DNA of 64,000 nucleotides from Thalia democratica (Eukaryota): NCBI GenBank assembly GCA_965202585.1, contig OZ241827.1, positions 14,818,001 to 14,882,000 of the forward strand, read 5' to 3'. Shown piece by piece: positions 22,788 to 34,522 of this stretch (position 1 is its first letter; each line of letters starts with the position of its first letter). The notes under the pieces were generated by a model. It saw only the letters and a program-made list of their open reading frames with translations, ran no database searches and was not told where the DNA came from. The position numbers and the translations under genes were made by a program.

Positions 22788-24956
22788 TTTACTTGCTAGG
22801 GAAAAGATCTGTAAAATATCAATTATCTTTAAATATCAAAACAAGGTCTTTGCGAATTAAATGAAGAAAAATTTGATTAATAAATTTTTTAAAATCACTA
22901 CTTTCAGAACATGTTGTTTATAGCAGCTGAAAAATTGCACAAGCTATATAATGTTTTCACAAATGTTATTAAACTATAGCTTAAATATCTGCTTTACTGT
23001 ATCCTTTAATCTACTTTAATAAAAGTTGTTTTTTCACAGTTCTAGATGAAATATTTCTGACGCAGATTTATAAAGACAAAAGTTTTTAACTAGTTTTAGT
23101 AGTTACTATATTAATTCATGAAATAATATTAATAATATAATTTAAATCATAAAATAATATGGTAGTTTGATTAGTTTTCATTTTATAAGTCATTTATATA
23201 TTATTTTTTTAAATTATAAAAACAAAACTATAATAGTTTAAGCTTGTTTTTGTTTAAAATATATCTTTTAGGAAAATATTAAAATGTTTAGATAAATAAT
23301 ACTAAATAAAACTTGAGAAAAATTTTAGAATGGAACTACACTACGTATCAATTTTATTTTTATTAGTTTTGTAAAAACAAAACGAAAAATAATTTTAAAA
23401 TTTGATAAGTAACTGGTTCAAAAATCAATAAATTTGAATCATTTTTGAAAAAATATTACATATTATACTATCCTTATCTGCATACTTCTAATAATATTCT
23501 TGATATTTAACATGTAACATGTTTTTTTAATTATATTTACTGTAAAACGCCAAAATGTACAAAACTACATTTATCAAACATTTTGTTGAATAATATTTCA
23601 ATAAAACGAAGAGCTGTAAATATTTTCTATATAATGTCTAAAGATGATGTTTTACGTTAAATTAAAGGCAACTAAATGTTTGTTGAACTTTATTTATATT
23701 ACTTATTTTTGAGACGTGATGTAAATATTTTACATTTAAAATACTAAATAAACAAAAATACTCAACTACTAAACAAAAGCATGATTTAATTAATTATGAA
23801 GTTTGTCTTTTAAGTTATCATGAAATTTTGCTGATACTAAATGAAAAGTATTTAGATAAGTATTGTAAAAATTTATGTACTCGTTTCGGAAAAAATCTAA
23901 AGTTTTTGTATATGCTTTTATACACTTTTAGTTAAAGTTATTTCAATTTATAAAAGGAGTTATCTTTTTTTTACTACTTTTTTGAGACAGATAAAAAAAA
24001 AACTTTTACGCATAAACCTTAAACTACACATAAAATAAAACATTAGATTAAAAAAAAAAACAACTTCTATAATTTAAACTATAAGGTCAATAAAAAAACG
24101 ATTCGAATACGGAATGCTTGTTTCAATTATGTTTATGTAACCAATAATATTTTTAAAATTTATCTAAGACATTTTTTATTGGATAAAGGTTTTTAAAATC
24201 AAACTTGCTTTGAAATACCAATTATTTTTATTGGTAGTCGTTAGTACTTATCAACTGTTTTTTATTTAAATTTACAATTTTTTTTTCCTTTAAACATACA
24301 TAAGGCTTGAGTAAACACATTTACTGTGTATAACATTTATTGTTTTATAAATATCTAACAATATTTAAAATAAAAAAAATTATCTACTTAAAAATTTAGT
24401 TTTATATTACTTAGAATTGAGTAATGCTTATACAAAACTAGATATTAAAGTTTCATTATTGTTTTTTCCTCGTTGAAAAAATAAAATTAGAATTCTATAA
24501 ATTCAAAGTCAATTTTGAAAATTTGAAGTTATTAAAATATATAAATAAATAATACACACATAGGTTGCATAACGTTAAAAAAACTTTTTATTTCAAAGGT
24601 TACTAAATAAAATTATATTATTTAGGCTTTGATGTTATTGTTTTAAAATTAATTGCAATAGTGTCTACCATATTTTTACTATTTGTTTGAAAATTATCAA
24701 ATTAATTATTGTTTTAAAATTGTTTTTTTTTAATTTACTTTTTTAAGTTGTTTTATTGTTACTAGGTCAGCTAAGAAGGTTTAAAATGACATTTGATCTT
24801 TTTTTGAAAGCTTTTAGTTTTATTTTTCATTTATTTTTATAAGTAAAAACATGTAAGAGTTTAAAATTCTGAGTTTGTTTCTGTACATATATACGTACAA
24901 AATTTTATTTAAACAAAGTAAATTTAAAAGAAATTAGTTTACAAAACCGTATCACT

Positions 24957-24982
24957 TTTACAGGAATTCCTTAGCAAGTAAA
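24957..24982 (+). promoter_or_regulatory. Conserved acceptor-like site upstream of family start codons (ttacag...(t/g/a)agca(a/g)(g/a)taaaATG)
   Basis: TTACAG, TTGCAG or TTTCAG ~20-25 nt before the ATG, and AGCA(A/G)(G/A)TAAA-ATG, recur at C1, C2, B1, B2, A1 and A2, and at A3 with its ATA start. Confidence 0.45.
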
Positions 24983-26560
24983 ATGATAAAGGTTTCATTT
25001 AGTTTTGATGTCAGTTTTTGCAAATTAATGGTTGGAGTTTTTGGTTTGTCGGCGGCAGTTGGTATTATTTGTTATTTTTCAAAAAATAAAACTAAACAGG
25101 CAGATGAAAATGTCAAGGCTACACCAAATGCTAACACCAGCAAAGATAATTCTGCAAATTATACAAAGTTATCTACTTTTAAGTTACCAAATGATAGAGG
25201 AATAGAAATTTGCAATATCAAACCGCTAATAAGTACCAACCGCAATTTAAGCAATAGAAGAAATGCTGTCATTTGTCTTGACCCAAGTAAAAATGACACT
25301 GGTTCAAGCAAGGAAGAAAACCTTCACAATGTAATGTCTTCTAAAATTGTCAATAGTGACGCTATATTTTCCAATGTAAACGAACCTGAGATAAATATAA
25401 ATAAAAACCAAGTTCAAAATTTTGTGGAAATCAAATCAAATATGGGCAGTGATTCTAAACTAAATGAAAGTAATTGTGACTTGAATAAAGTTTTCAATGG
25501 TGAAAAAAATAAGATACAAAAAATTTTGGATAAAAAATTTTTAGATGATTCAAGTTACCAAGAGAAACTACGAGTAGAAAGTATTGGTAGTTTAGGCGAT
25601 GAACAAGATTTAAAAACTTTTTCTAAACCAGCAATTAGTGTTCTAAAGTGCACAAATTCAAAATACGAATTTTTGAAAACTCTTTCGGTTGAAAAGATCG
25701 CAAACGATTATAATGTTTCTATTTCAGACTCGTCTAAAAACGAATGTGAAGACAACAAATGTCAAGATTTAGCTACAAATACTTTTAAAAGTCAAGAAAC
25801 TGAAGCTTTTAACAAAAATTCAAAAGACAATAAACTGAATACAACTTTCCATGCAGAAACAACTCTGATAAAAAATTATAGAGATGGTGAAATTTTTGAC
25901 AATTTAAACCATAAAAATTCTTGTCTAAAGTTCTTTAGTACAAAACTAAGAACACTTCAAACCGATAAAATATTTTTTAACAAAGAATGCAACGAAATAA
26001 GTAACATTATCAGTGCGTTTCTTAAGCATAAAAGTTTAAAATGTACCAAAAAATCGAGCTTTCTTAAAAGCATTAGTGCGAAATATGAGCATTCGGTTCG
26101 TGAAATAAAACGTTCTAACAGTATGGCTAACTTCGGCAATATACGAAAAGAAAGTACTTATGATTGGTTTTTGTTTATGAAAAGAGATTTGTTAAATAGC
26201 ATGAAAAATTCCCTAGAAAACCCAACTTCGGACAAAGTTTTGAAAATTGTTCACAACAAAGTCCTATCAGGTTTCAACCAAATGTGTAAATTTATTCAAA
26301 TTTACTCCAATCAGTGTGAAGAATCAATTGAATTAATTCGAAAGATTCTTGATGATAAAAGTAACTTAGAACTAAATGTGAAACAATGGAATGAAAAAGT
26401 TTGTGCTATGATTAAAAATATTGAAGCTTTAACTTTAGAAACAATTGAAGTAATCAAAAAGTTAAAGTGTGATGAAATAAACACTGATGGACTTGTTAGC
26501 TATGTTAAAAATATTTATAGAGAAGGTATTATGATATTGAAACTGTTTAAATGTGAGTAG
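24983..26560 (+). CDS. Paralogue C1: uncharacterised 525-aa signal-anchored protein with low-complexity linker and helical C-terminal domain; only intact family member
   Basis: Uninterrupted single-exon ORF in very AT-rich DNA. Hydrophobic residues ~15-33 are followed by SKNKTK. Homologous to C2 along its length. AATAAA at ~26713. Confidence 0.85.
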   Translation: MIKVSFSFDVSFCKLMVGVFGLSAAVGIICYFSKNKTKQADENVKATPNANTSKDNSANYTKLSTFKLPNDRGIEICNIKPLISTNRNLSNRRNAVICLDPSKNDTGSSKEENLHNVMSSKIVNSDAIFSNVNEPEININKNQVQNFVEIKSNMGSDSKLNESNCDLNKVFNGEKNKIQKILDKKFLDDSSYQEKLRVESIGSLGDEQDLKTFSKPAISVLKCTNSKYEFLKTLSVEKIANDYNVSISDSSKNECEDNKCQDLATNTFKSQETEAFNKNSKDNKLNTTFHAETTLIKNYRDGEIFDNLNHKNSCLKFFSTKLRTLQTDKIFFNKECNEISNIISAFLKHKSLKCTKKSSFLKSISAKYEHSVREIKRSNSMANFGNIRKESTYDWFLFMKRDLLNSMKNSLENPTSDKVLKIVHNKVLSGFNQMCKFIQIYSNQCEESIELIRKILDDKSNLELNVKQWNEKVCAMIKNIEALTLETIEVIKKLKCDEINTDGLVSYVKNIYREGIMILKLFKCE

Positions 26561-26965
26561 TCTATAACAATATGAAGTTCATTATATGTTTGCAAGCCTT
26601 AGTTTATTTGTCATTAAGTGTTTTAGTGAGCTTTTTAGTTATCAATTTATAATTTTGTTATTTTATCAATTTAATTATTTAGTAATTGTTACATTTGTTT
26701 TTTGTTACGAAGAATAAAAAATGTTTACCAAAATTTTATTAATTTTTTGTATTATATTGATAAATTAATTTAATAAAACTGATATTAAGAAATTAAATGC
26801 TTTTATTTAACAAACAACATATTAGACTTGAAAGAAAACAATTCTAATATATTAATAGCTGTTTAGCTTAATAATTAATTAAATCATTTCCTAAATAACT
26901 TCAAAACCATTAAGATGGATCCCATTTTTTTGTACCTTTATAGTTTTTACAGTTAAAAATAAACA

Positions 26966-27462
26966 TTTTAAACTTGATTCCCTCTACCTAATATACCTAC
27001 GGGTTTACAAAACTCCACGTTTTAAACTAGGTTCCTCCGAACAAATACATGCGGTTTAAAGACTACCCAGAATGTTTTAAACTTGATTCCCTCCACTTTA
27101 TACCTGTGGGTTCACAAAACTTCCAAGAATGTTTTTAATTTAATTCCCTCTACCTTATACCTATGGGTTTAAAATCTTCCAAGAATATTTCAAACTTAAT
27201 TCCTTCCACCCAATACACACGCTTTATAAACTTCCCAGAATGTTTAAATTTAATTCCTTCCACCCAATATACACGCTTTATAAACTCCCCAGAATATTTT
27301 AACCTTGATTACCTCCCCTATACACACGGTTTAAAAGCTCCCTAGAATGTTTTAAATTAGGTCCCCTTAACCCAAACCCATGCTTTATAAACTCGCCAAA
27401 ATGTTTCAAACTAAATTCCCCCCACCTTAAACCTACAGGTTTAAAAAACTCCCCATTGTTTT
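26966..27462. repeat. ~54-bp minisatellite (VNTR), ~9 units, downstream of C1
   Basis: Unit approximately tttaaa(c/t)ttaattccctccacc(c/t)aatacac(a/g)(c/g)gtttataaactcccagaatg. Only ~2 units at the unit-2 equivalent. Confidence 0.85.
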
Positions 27463-30400
27463 ATATAACTATTTAGACATGTATAAGTATGCCCATAGCT
27501 CACTTTGCTCTAAATGAATGTCAAGGTTTAAATGTCTTTTTTAATGACTAAAATATCAAGCCACTTTTTTATATTTATTTCCTTCCGACAAATCGAATTA
27601 AAATAAAGCGGTCATATCTAAAAAAAAAATACTTATTTTATGTTAAGTCGGTTGTTGAACTTATTTGTAAGATTATGATCGTAAAAAAAAATATATATGT
27701 TCAGAGGAAATTAGAAAAAAAGTTTGTAGCTTTTAGTTAGACTGCCATACGTATATTTTTTTAACTATCAAGTTACTTTTTTATGTGGTAATAAATATTA
27801 ACCTTTAAATATTCTTTCAAGATTTTCAACTCATTCGGATAGTAACTCGTTGTAATGTGAATTGTCAGACTTCGAACAATTGTGCACCCATTTTTGATAT
27901 TTCATAACTAAGTAACTTTATCGAAAAATTTAGATTCGGAGGAATAAATTTTAAACATACACTGTAGCATAACATCACAGCGATTACTTATTTTTCTCTG
28001 ATTCATTTTGTAACAGATTTCCATCTTGAGTTTACTAACATTATATAACAAAGCTTAAAATAATCTCACAACTAACTCAAATTAGACATTTATTAAAAAC
28101 AATAAATATAAATTGTAGAGTATTTCACAATATACAAATAGAATTTTTTAATAACTGTAGAATCGTTTTCTTTTTTATCAAAATAGTATTTAGAAAAACA
28201 ATGTTCAGATAGACTAATAGTTAAATAAAACATTGCAAAAACTATAGAAATTTATTGTGTTCAATTTATAAATTTTATTAAAAGTTCATTTAAAATTTTT
28301 TAGACTACTTGAATAAGTATCTAGCCTTTTTCAAGCGCTAAAACTACTTTTAAACGTTTTAAAAATTAGTAATCTCGCAATAGAAGCATTTTTAATAAAA
28401 AATATAAAAGTTTTCTTCTTAAAAACATAACATATAGGTAAAACAATTTTTACAACATAAAGAATTTCTTTTCTCAGCTACATTTGTTTTGAATTAAACA
28501 ACAATTTTATCCTTAGTTTATGTTTAAGTATTCCTTAAATTACTTTTAATTAAATTTGTATAGATAAGGATTATGAAAGATTGGCACACTCTTAGATAAG
28601 AGTTTGAAACCTATGTTAAATAGTACTTAAAACGATAATTCTAAAGATTATATTTAGAATGTGTTTAATAACAGAGAAGTTATTTCTATTAAATTTTTGT
28701 AGTATATGTTGGTTATAAATTCAAAGTAACAGATCTTGTTCTCTTATAAACAAATAATATCCATATTGACAAAATGGTTTCAGCTTGTAATACTCCGGTA
28801 GTTGCAATTTATTTCCGATATTTTGTTTGAAAGCAGGTTGTTTTGCAAACCTACTTATAATTATAAGTAAAAGTTTCTAAAACAAAATATTAAGGATTTG
28901 TGTAATACAATTTGTCTACTACTTTTGATTGACGACTGGAAAATCAGTCATTTGATTTAAGAAAAATAGAAACAAATTTTTAAATAGTTTTTACCGCCTT
29001 TGCTTTATCTTCAAATTGTATCGAAAAAGTAAACTGGATTGAAATGGATACCCACAAGTATTAAGTGTTGTATTTTGAAAAATATGAAAGTTTACTCAAA
29101 GATTATTTTCACCCTAACTTCTATACTATTGTTTTTTTATGTTAAACCTTATTGCCTTGTTGAACGTTTTATTGTTGTACCTTATAGTCCCAAAAAATAT
29201 AATCATTGAAAACCTATTTTGTTAAAGAAGTTTTATTTTATATTTCTTTTTTTCTTATACACAACTTTTAAAAACTGAAACTATTGAAATCTTCTTAAGA
29301 ACTGATTTTCGGAAATAAGTTTTAAAGTTAATTTGCAACCAACGGCTTTAAATATGGGTTTGTTTGATTCATTGAAATAATAAGTTGTATATATAAAAAT
29401 CTTACAATTTAAGAGTAAGTGTTTAGTAAAGTAAAATTGCGGAGCGTGTAAAACTTGCTCGATTAACAAATTTGTTAAAACTACACTAGATATTTTGAAC
29501 TTTGTACAGAAAAGAAAGAGAAGGTCTCGTTGTAACCAAAACTAAAACTTCGGCCGGGGGAGACTTTTAATTACAAAATTTAACTCGCGACCGCAAAATG
29601 CCTGCCGACCTCTGCCTTATGTTTGTTTAAACTAAATTAAAACAATAAATACAATAGGACTCTAATTTAATTATAAACTAGTAGTTACTACGAATAAAAC
29701 GTGAAAACAAAAACATTATAAATTTATAGATACACATGTATATAAGCATGCAATAAAACTCAACTATTTTAGCTTTGCAAGTTTTGAAAACACGCTTTAG
29801 GGTGTAGCTGGTTTACTATTAAAGCTAAATGATGTTTAATAAGTTAAAAAAATTATTAATAAGTTATTATAATAAGCAGCAAATTGAAAACTTTTTATAA
29901 GAACAAAAGATTGCTACAGAAACAGTATAACTTCTTAGAAAATAGTATTGTTTGTAACTCTTGTTATCCTTTTTTTTTTTTCATTAACATTGTCTAAATT
30001 TAGTAAACAACGAACTTTATAGTTACTTAATCAACTTTAATATTGTAATTAGAATTACATTAACAATTCTTCAAACAATTTTTTACAATACAAGAAAGTA
30101 ACATAGCTCGTAATAAACAACTTATTCATTGTCAAATTTAAACTAAATACACTTCGCAAATTATACAAAATTTAGAGTTCAAAAATTAGTTGTTCATTCA
30201 AAATCTCACTACCTAAAGCTGTGAATCGTTTAAACAGACCTGAAACAACATATAGTCAATAGATAATATAACAATTAAAGACACTTTACTATGTAAAATT
30301 TTTTCAACTACAATCTATTAATGTGTTTAAGTTAGTAAATTGTAATAAACACAAAATGTTGGTGTTTACTATATTTAACTGATTGGTTTTTAAACCCTTT

Positions 30401-30937
30401 TAACTAACTTATGTGCTTTAATTTTTGTTTCTAAACAAACTTTTATTTGGGAATGTTTTCTAAGAACCTATAAAAGCCTAAAACTGAAACGTTTTATATT
30501 CAAAAGCTTGTTTTTCAATTGATTTCTTATTATAGCACATAAATTTTCTTTGCTTTATTTATTAATTATTACAGTTAAGTTATTTTTTATTTATTTCTTA
30601 AACGTAAAACACTTTTATTTATTAACAATTAACATTATTACAGTAATATTATAGTAAAGTTCCAAAGATATTGTACTATATAATTAAGTCAAAAAAAAAT
30701 TATGATAATTTATGCAAATTATTTAAAAACTTTTTTGAACGATTTTGTGAACAAGATTTTAAAACAAGATAGCTGGAAGAGTTAGTGACGTAACAAAACT
30801 TTTTGAAATTTGTAGTATTGTATGAAATATATATTGGACATAGTTTTTTGTTTTGGCTGGGTGGGATAGTAAGTAAAACCAAAAACAGCACCGAAACCGA
30901 AGTAAGCGAAGCTTTTAAGTATAGAAGCTTACAACAA

Positions 30938-31347
30938 TATCGCACAATTGCGCGCAAAGCGCGCTTTTGTGCTTTCTTTGCGAAGCAAAGCCGAAAGAAG
31001 GCGGAGCTTTCTGAGGCTGGAATGCACGAAGAAAGCGAAGCTTTCGAGGTATGGAAGCCTAAACAAATAGCTCGCGAAGCGCGCTTCCCTTTGCGGAGCT
31101 TTCTGAGGTAGGAATTTAGGTCAACTAATTTAGATTTGTTTAAAGTTGAAATACTATTTTTTCATTTAAATAAAATAATCCTGTTTTAATGCTCGGTTTA
31201 AATACCAGTTTTTTAAAACTTAAAGAATTTTAGAGAGCATTCGAAAATTTAAAAATATCTAACTCTTTGTAATATGCTAACTTATAATATTATTTGTTCC
31301 CTTTATTCGGCTAGCACAAAAGCGCGCTCTGCGCGCGGTGTGCGATA
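30938..31347. mobile_element. GC-rich element bounded by imperfect ~35-bp inverted repeats (MITE- or Helentron-like; family not assigned)
   Basis: tatcgcacaattgcgcgcaaagcgcgcttttgtgct (30938-30973) versus the reverse complement of 31313-31347 (tatcgcacaccgcgcgcagagcgcgcttttgtgct). Internal gcgaagc / gcggagctttctgagg repeats. No TSD identified. Confidence 0.5.
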
Positions 31348-31659
31348 CTCTTAGTTATTTGTTATAAACTATATTCTTAATAAAGTATTTCTTATTGTTT
31401 ATAGTTTACTGAATAGATATTTTAACCTGAATACCATTCTAAGAAATTAATTCATATAAATTATTAAACTTATTCTGTTATTGTCTATGTTAAACGAAGC
31501 TTGTGAACCAACTAGACAATGCATAAAAATAAGTTTATAAACTAACATTAATTTTCTTAAAAGTATCTTTAAGTTTCGAATTTAGACCGGTTTCGAACTT
31601 GTCACGCCTTCACAGGAGAAGTTAGCCAAATAGTGTTAATTAAGTAATTTTTAACTACT

Positions 31660-32040
31660 TAGTTTTATACTAGTGATTAGATAAATGACTATCAAAGTAG
31701 TTATTGACGTTGTTATCCAAATACCAGTTTTCTAAGTATCTTTTATCCAAGTAGTAGTGTATCCGAACTCTTATCAACATTATTATCAAAGTAGTTTTTG
31801 TCAAGTAGAATTTATAAAAGATGTTATCTTAGTAGTTATCAAATAACTAATAAAGCATTTCTGTGCAGTTATCTAATCAGTTGCAAAAGAAGTAGTCATC
31901 CCAAATGTCATCCTAGTAATTATCTAAGTAGTATCCAAGAAGTTGTTACCTATAAATATTATTTAAACTGGTAAATATTCAAGTAGTAGTTATCTAAGCA
32001 GTTATTTAGTAGTTCATACCAAAAAAGTTGTTATACAAGA
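31660..32040. repeat. Shortened fragment of TATCCAAGTAGT satellite, unit 2
   Basis: Matches the distal part of the satellite (from ~13030) and continues into its downstream flank. Confidence 0.85.
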
Positions 32041-32903
32041 AAATGTAGACTTAATAAAAGTAGAAATAAATATTTTATGTTTAATAAAAAACAAAATAAT
32101 AGCAGTTCTTTAAACAAACTTATCAAAACTTCTTCAATGCTACTGTGCAATATAGTTAGAAAAACATCTGAATAAAGTTTTTTTTTTGTTTTTTACGTCA
32201 CATTATATTTTTAGATATTATTCGAAAAAAAAAACATGTCACTTTATTAAGTGTTAAATATTATATTTTTCAAAAAATTTCACAAGTGTAGTTTCGTAGA
32301 TTGTGGTGTTTTACAGCACATTTAAATGAAAAATAATAGTCCATGTTGAGCATCGAGTACAATATTAGAAGTATATAAAAAACGCTACTACATATTGTAG
32401 TATTAAGAAATCAAAAAAGATTCATAGATTTTTATCTAGTAGCTTTTAATCCTTAGATTAATCATTCTTAATGTTCTAATAAAAAAAAACATAGTCTAAA
32501 ACTCAACGATTGGAACAATTATACTGTATTAAAATGGTTTCGTTTTTGACCTATTTGCTTAAACAATTTAAGTTATTGCAATTTAGAATTTTATTTAATG
32601 AGTATGTTAAGGTTTATAAACATAGTTTTTATTTCTATCTACCTTTAAAAAAAGTAAAAAATAATAAGACATTTTAATAAATTGAAATAACTATAACTAA
32701 AAGTGTGTAAAAGCATATACTAAAATATTTGATTATTTACAAAGCAAATTCATAAAATTTTTACAATATTTATCTACATATGTTTTATTTTATTTTTAGC
32801 TATTTTAACTTAAAAGACAAATTTTATACTTTATTACCTCATACAATTGTTTAGTAGAGGAGTATTTTCGTTTATTTAATGATTTATACGTAAAGTTCTA
32901 GTT

Positions 32904-33217
32904 GGCAGAGTTGTCAACTGGATCATGGCAAATACAAGTGACGTCATATGAAGACTATTTAACTGCTTGACTGTGTTTAACTACACTTGGTTTCTTACTA
33001 ACAAGTCTGTGTGTACACTTTGGTTCTGGTTTCGGACCTGTTCGGAACTTTAGATCAGACTTTTTACTATTCTTATCATCGCGATCAGTATTACCAACAG
33101 ACATTTTACTTTTCTTTTTTGAAAAGTAACGAACAACAACGAACAGTGTCGTCAAACCAATAAGTACGACCATCAATTCACAAAAACTGATGTAAGTTCA
33201 AATGAAGTCCTTATCAT
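32904..33217 (-). pseudogene. Paralogue A2, 5' fragment
   Basis: ATG at 33217; 1-bp deletion versus A1 in codon ~8; same TAG as A1 (32955-32957); 3' half removed by a deletion at ~32900. Confidence 0.8.
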
Positions 33218-34522
33218 TTTATTTGCTTAAATAAACTGCAAAATAACAAGTCCAAAATTTAATTTAGAGTTTGTCACAAAAAAAAAAACGTAAATAGTTT
33301 AATTCAATGTGATACAGAAAAACTTCGTATATTTAAACCTAAAACTAATGATAATACAAGTTAATTGTTGGTTGACTGCTTCTCATTTTTGATAAAGACT
33401 TAAAAGTTTTAAATATTTATATAATTCCTATTGTTATTAAGTTGTGTAGTAAATTGTGAAACTTATTGAACACTACTTAGGTAAATATCACAAGGAGATA
33501 CTATTTAGAATGTAAGTGCTGTAATTTTTGTTTCTAAGCAAACTTTTATATGAGAATGTTTTCTAAGAATCTATATAAGCCTAAAACTAAAACGTTTTAT
33601 TTTCAAAAGCTAAATTAAAAAATAATTTAATCAAATCGTATATTAAATAATTACTTAAAATAAAGACCAAATATGTTAAAAATATTTTACCTACACGTAT
33701 TTTGTACAGCAATACGGTAGTTTTATCTAAGCATCTAAGTTTTTTTTTCAGTAAGAAGTTTGTGATCTGTAATTTTATAGTCTATATGGTTATTGCATAA
33801 TAGTATACTTTAATTCTAATTATATCTAACTCGCAGGCAAAAAGTATGAATTTTATTTAGTTTTTAAAGACTTTTTAGATTTGTGATTAAAAGGAATTTG
33901 ATTTTTATTTTGTATCCAGTTAAATATAAAGGTTTGAGTTTGTAATTTGTTTTTAGCTAACAATTGCAGTAATAAAATAAATTTACGTTTAGAATGTTTC
34001 TTACTACAAAATAATTATAACAATGATTTATAGAATCGTAAATAGGACTCACAAACTAAGTTTGGTCAAAAACTTTATAAAAAATAACTAATTAATGCAC
34101 TTATAACAAGTATAAATACATATTAAACAACCATTAGGTTTTATTCGAAACATGCTTTATAACTAAAAGCATTTGCTAAACTCAAAAAAAAAAAATACTA
34201 GTCGTAGGTTTAGTATAATTCAAAGTTTTTATAATATTATTTCTTCGAGTGATTCAATTGTATCCTATTATTATTTTTAATTACTCTGTGACTGAGAGGT
34301 CTTACTAGAATTTTATTTAGTAATAAGGTTATTATAAATAAATCAAAATTTGTTAAGTACTTTATTGATCATGCATCATTCGCAATAAAAAAAGAGAAAC
34401 AATACATCAACAACTTATAAACAAAAAGGTCCAAATTTACAAAGAACTTTACTAGAGCTTCAACTGTAGTAGAAGATGGAGGTGACTCCATCCGGGACAT
34501 AATGTAGGTGTTCGTTTATTTT

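Larger units (their letters stand above)
1..29927. repeat. Tandem segmental duplication, unit 1 (D remnant, Kelch, satellite, A1, B1, C1)
   Basis: Position 1 (caacttataagaaaatagtatt) recurs at ~29928 and ~43644. Gene order D-Kelch-satellite-A-B is repeated collinearly from 43644. Confidence 0.92.
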
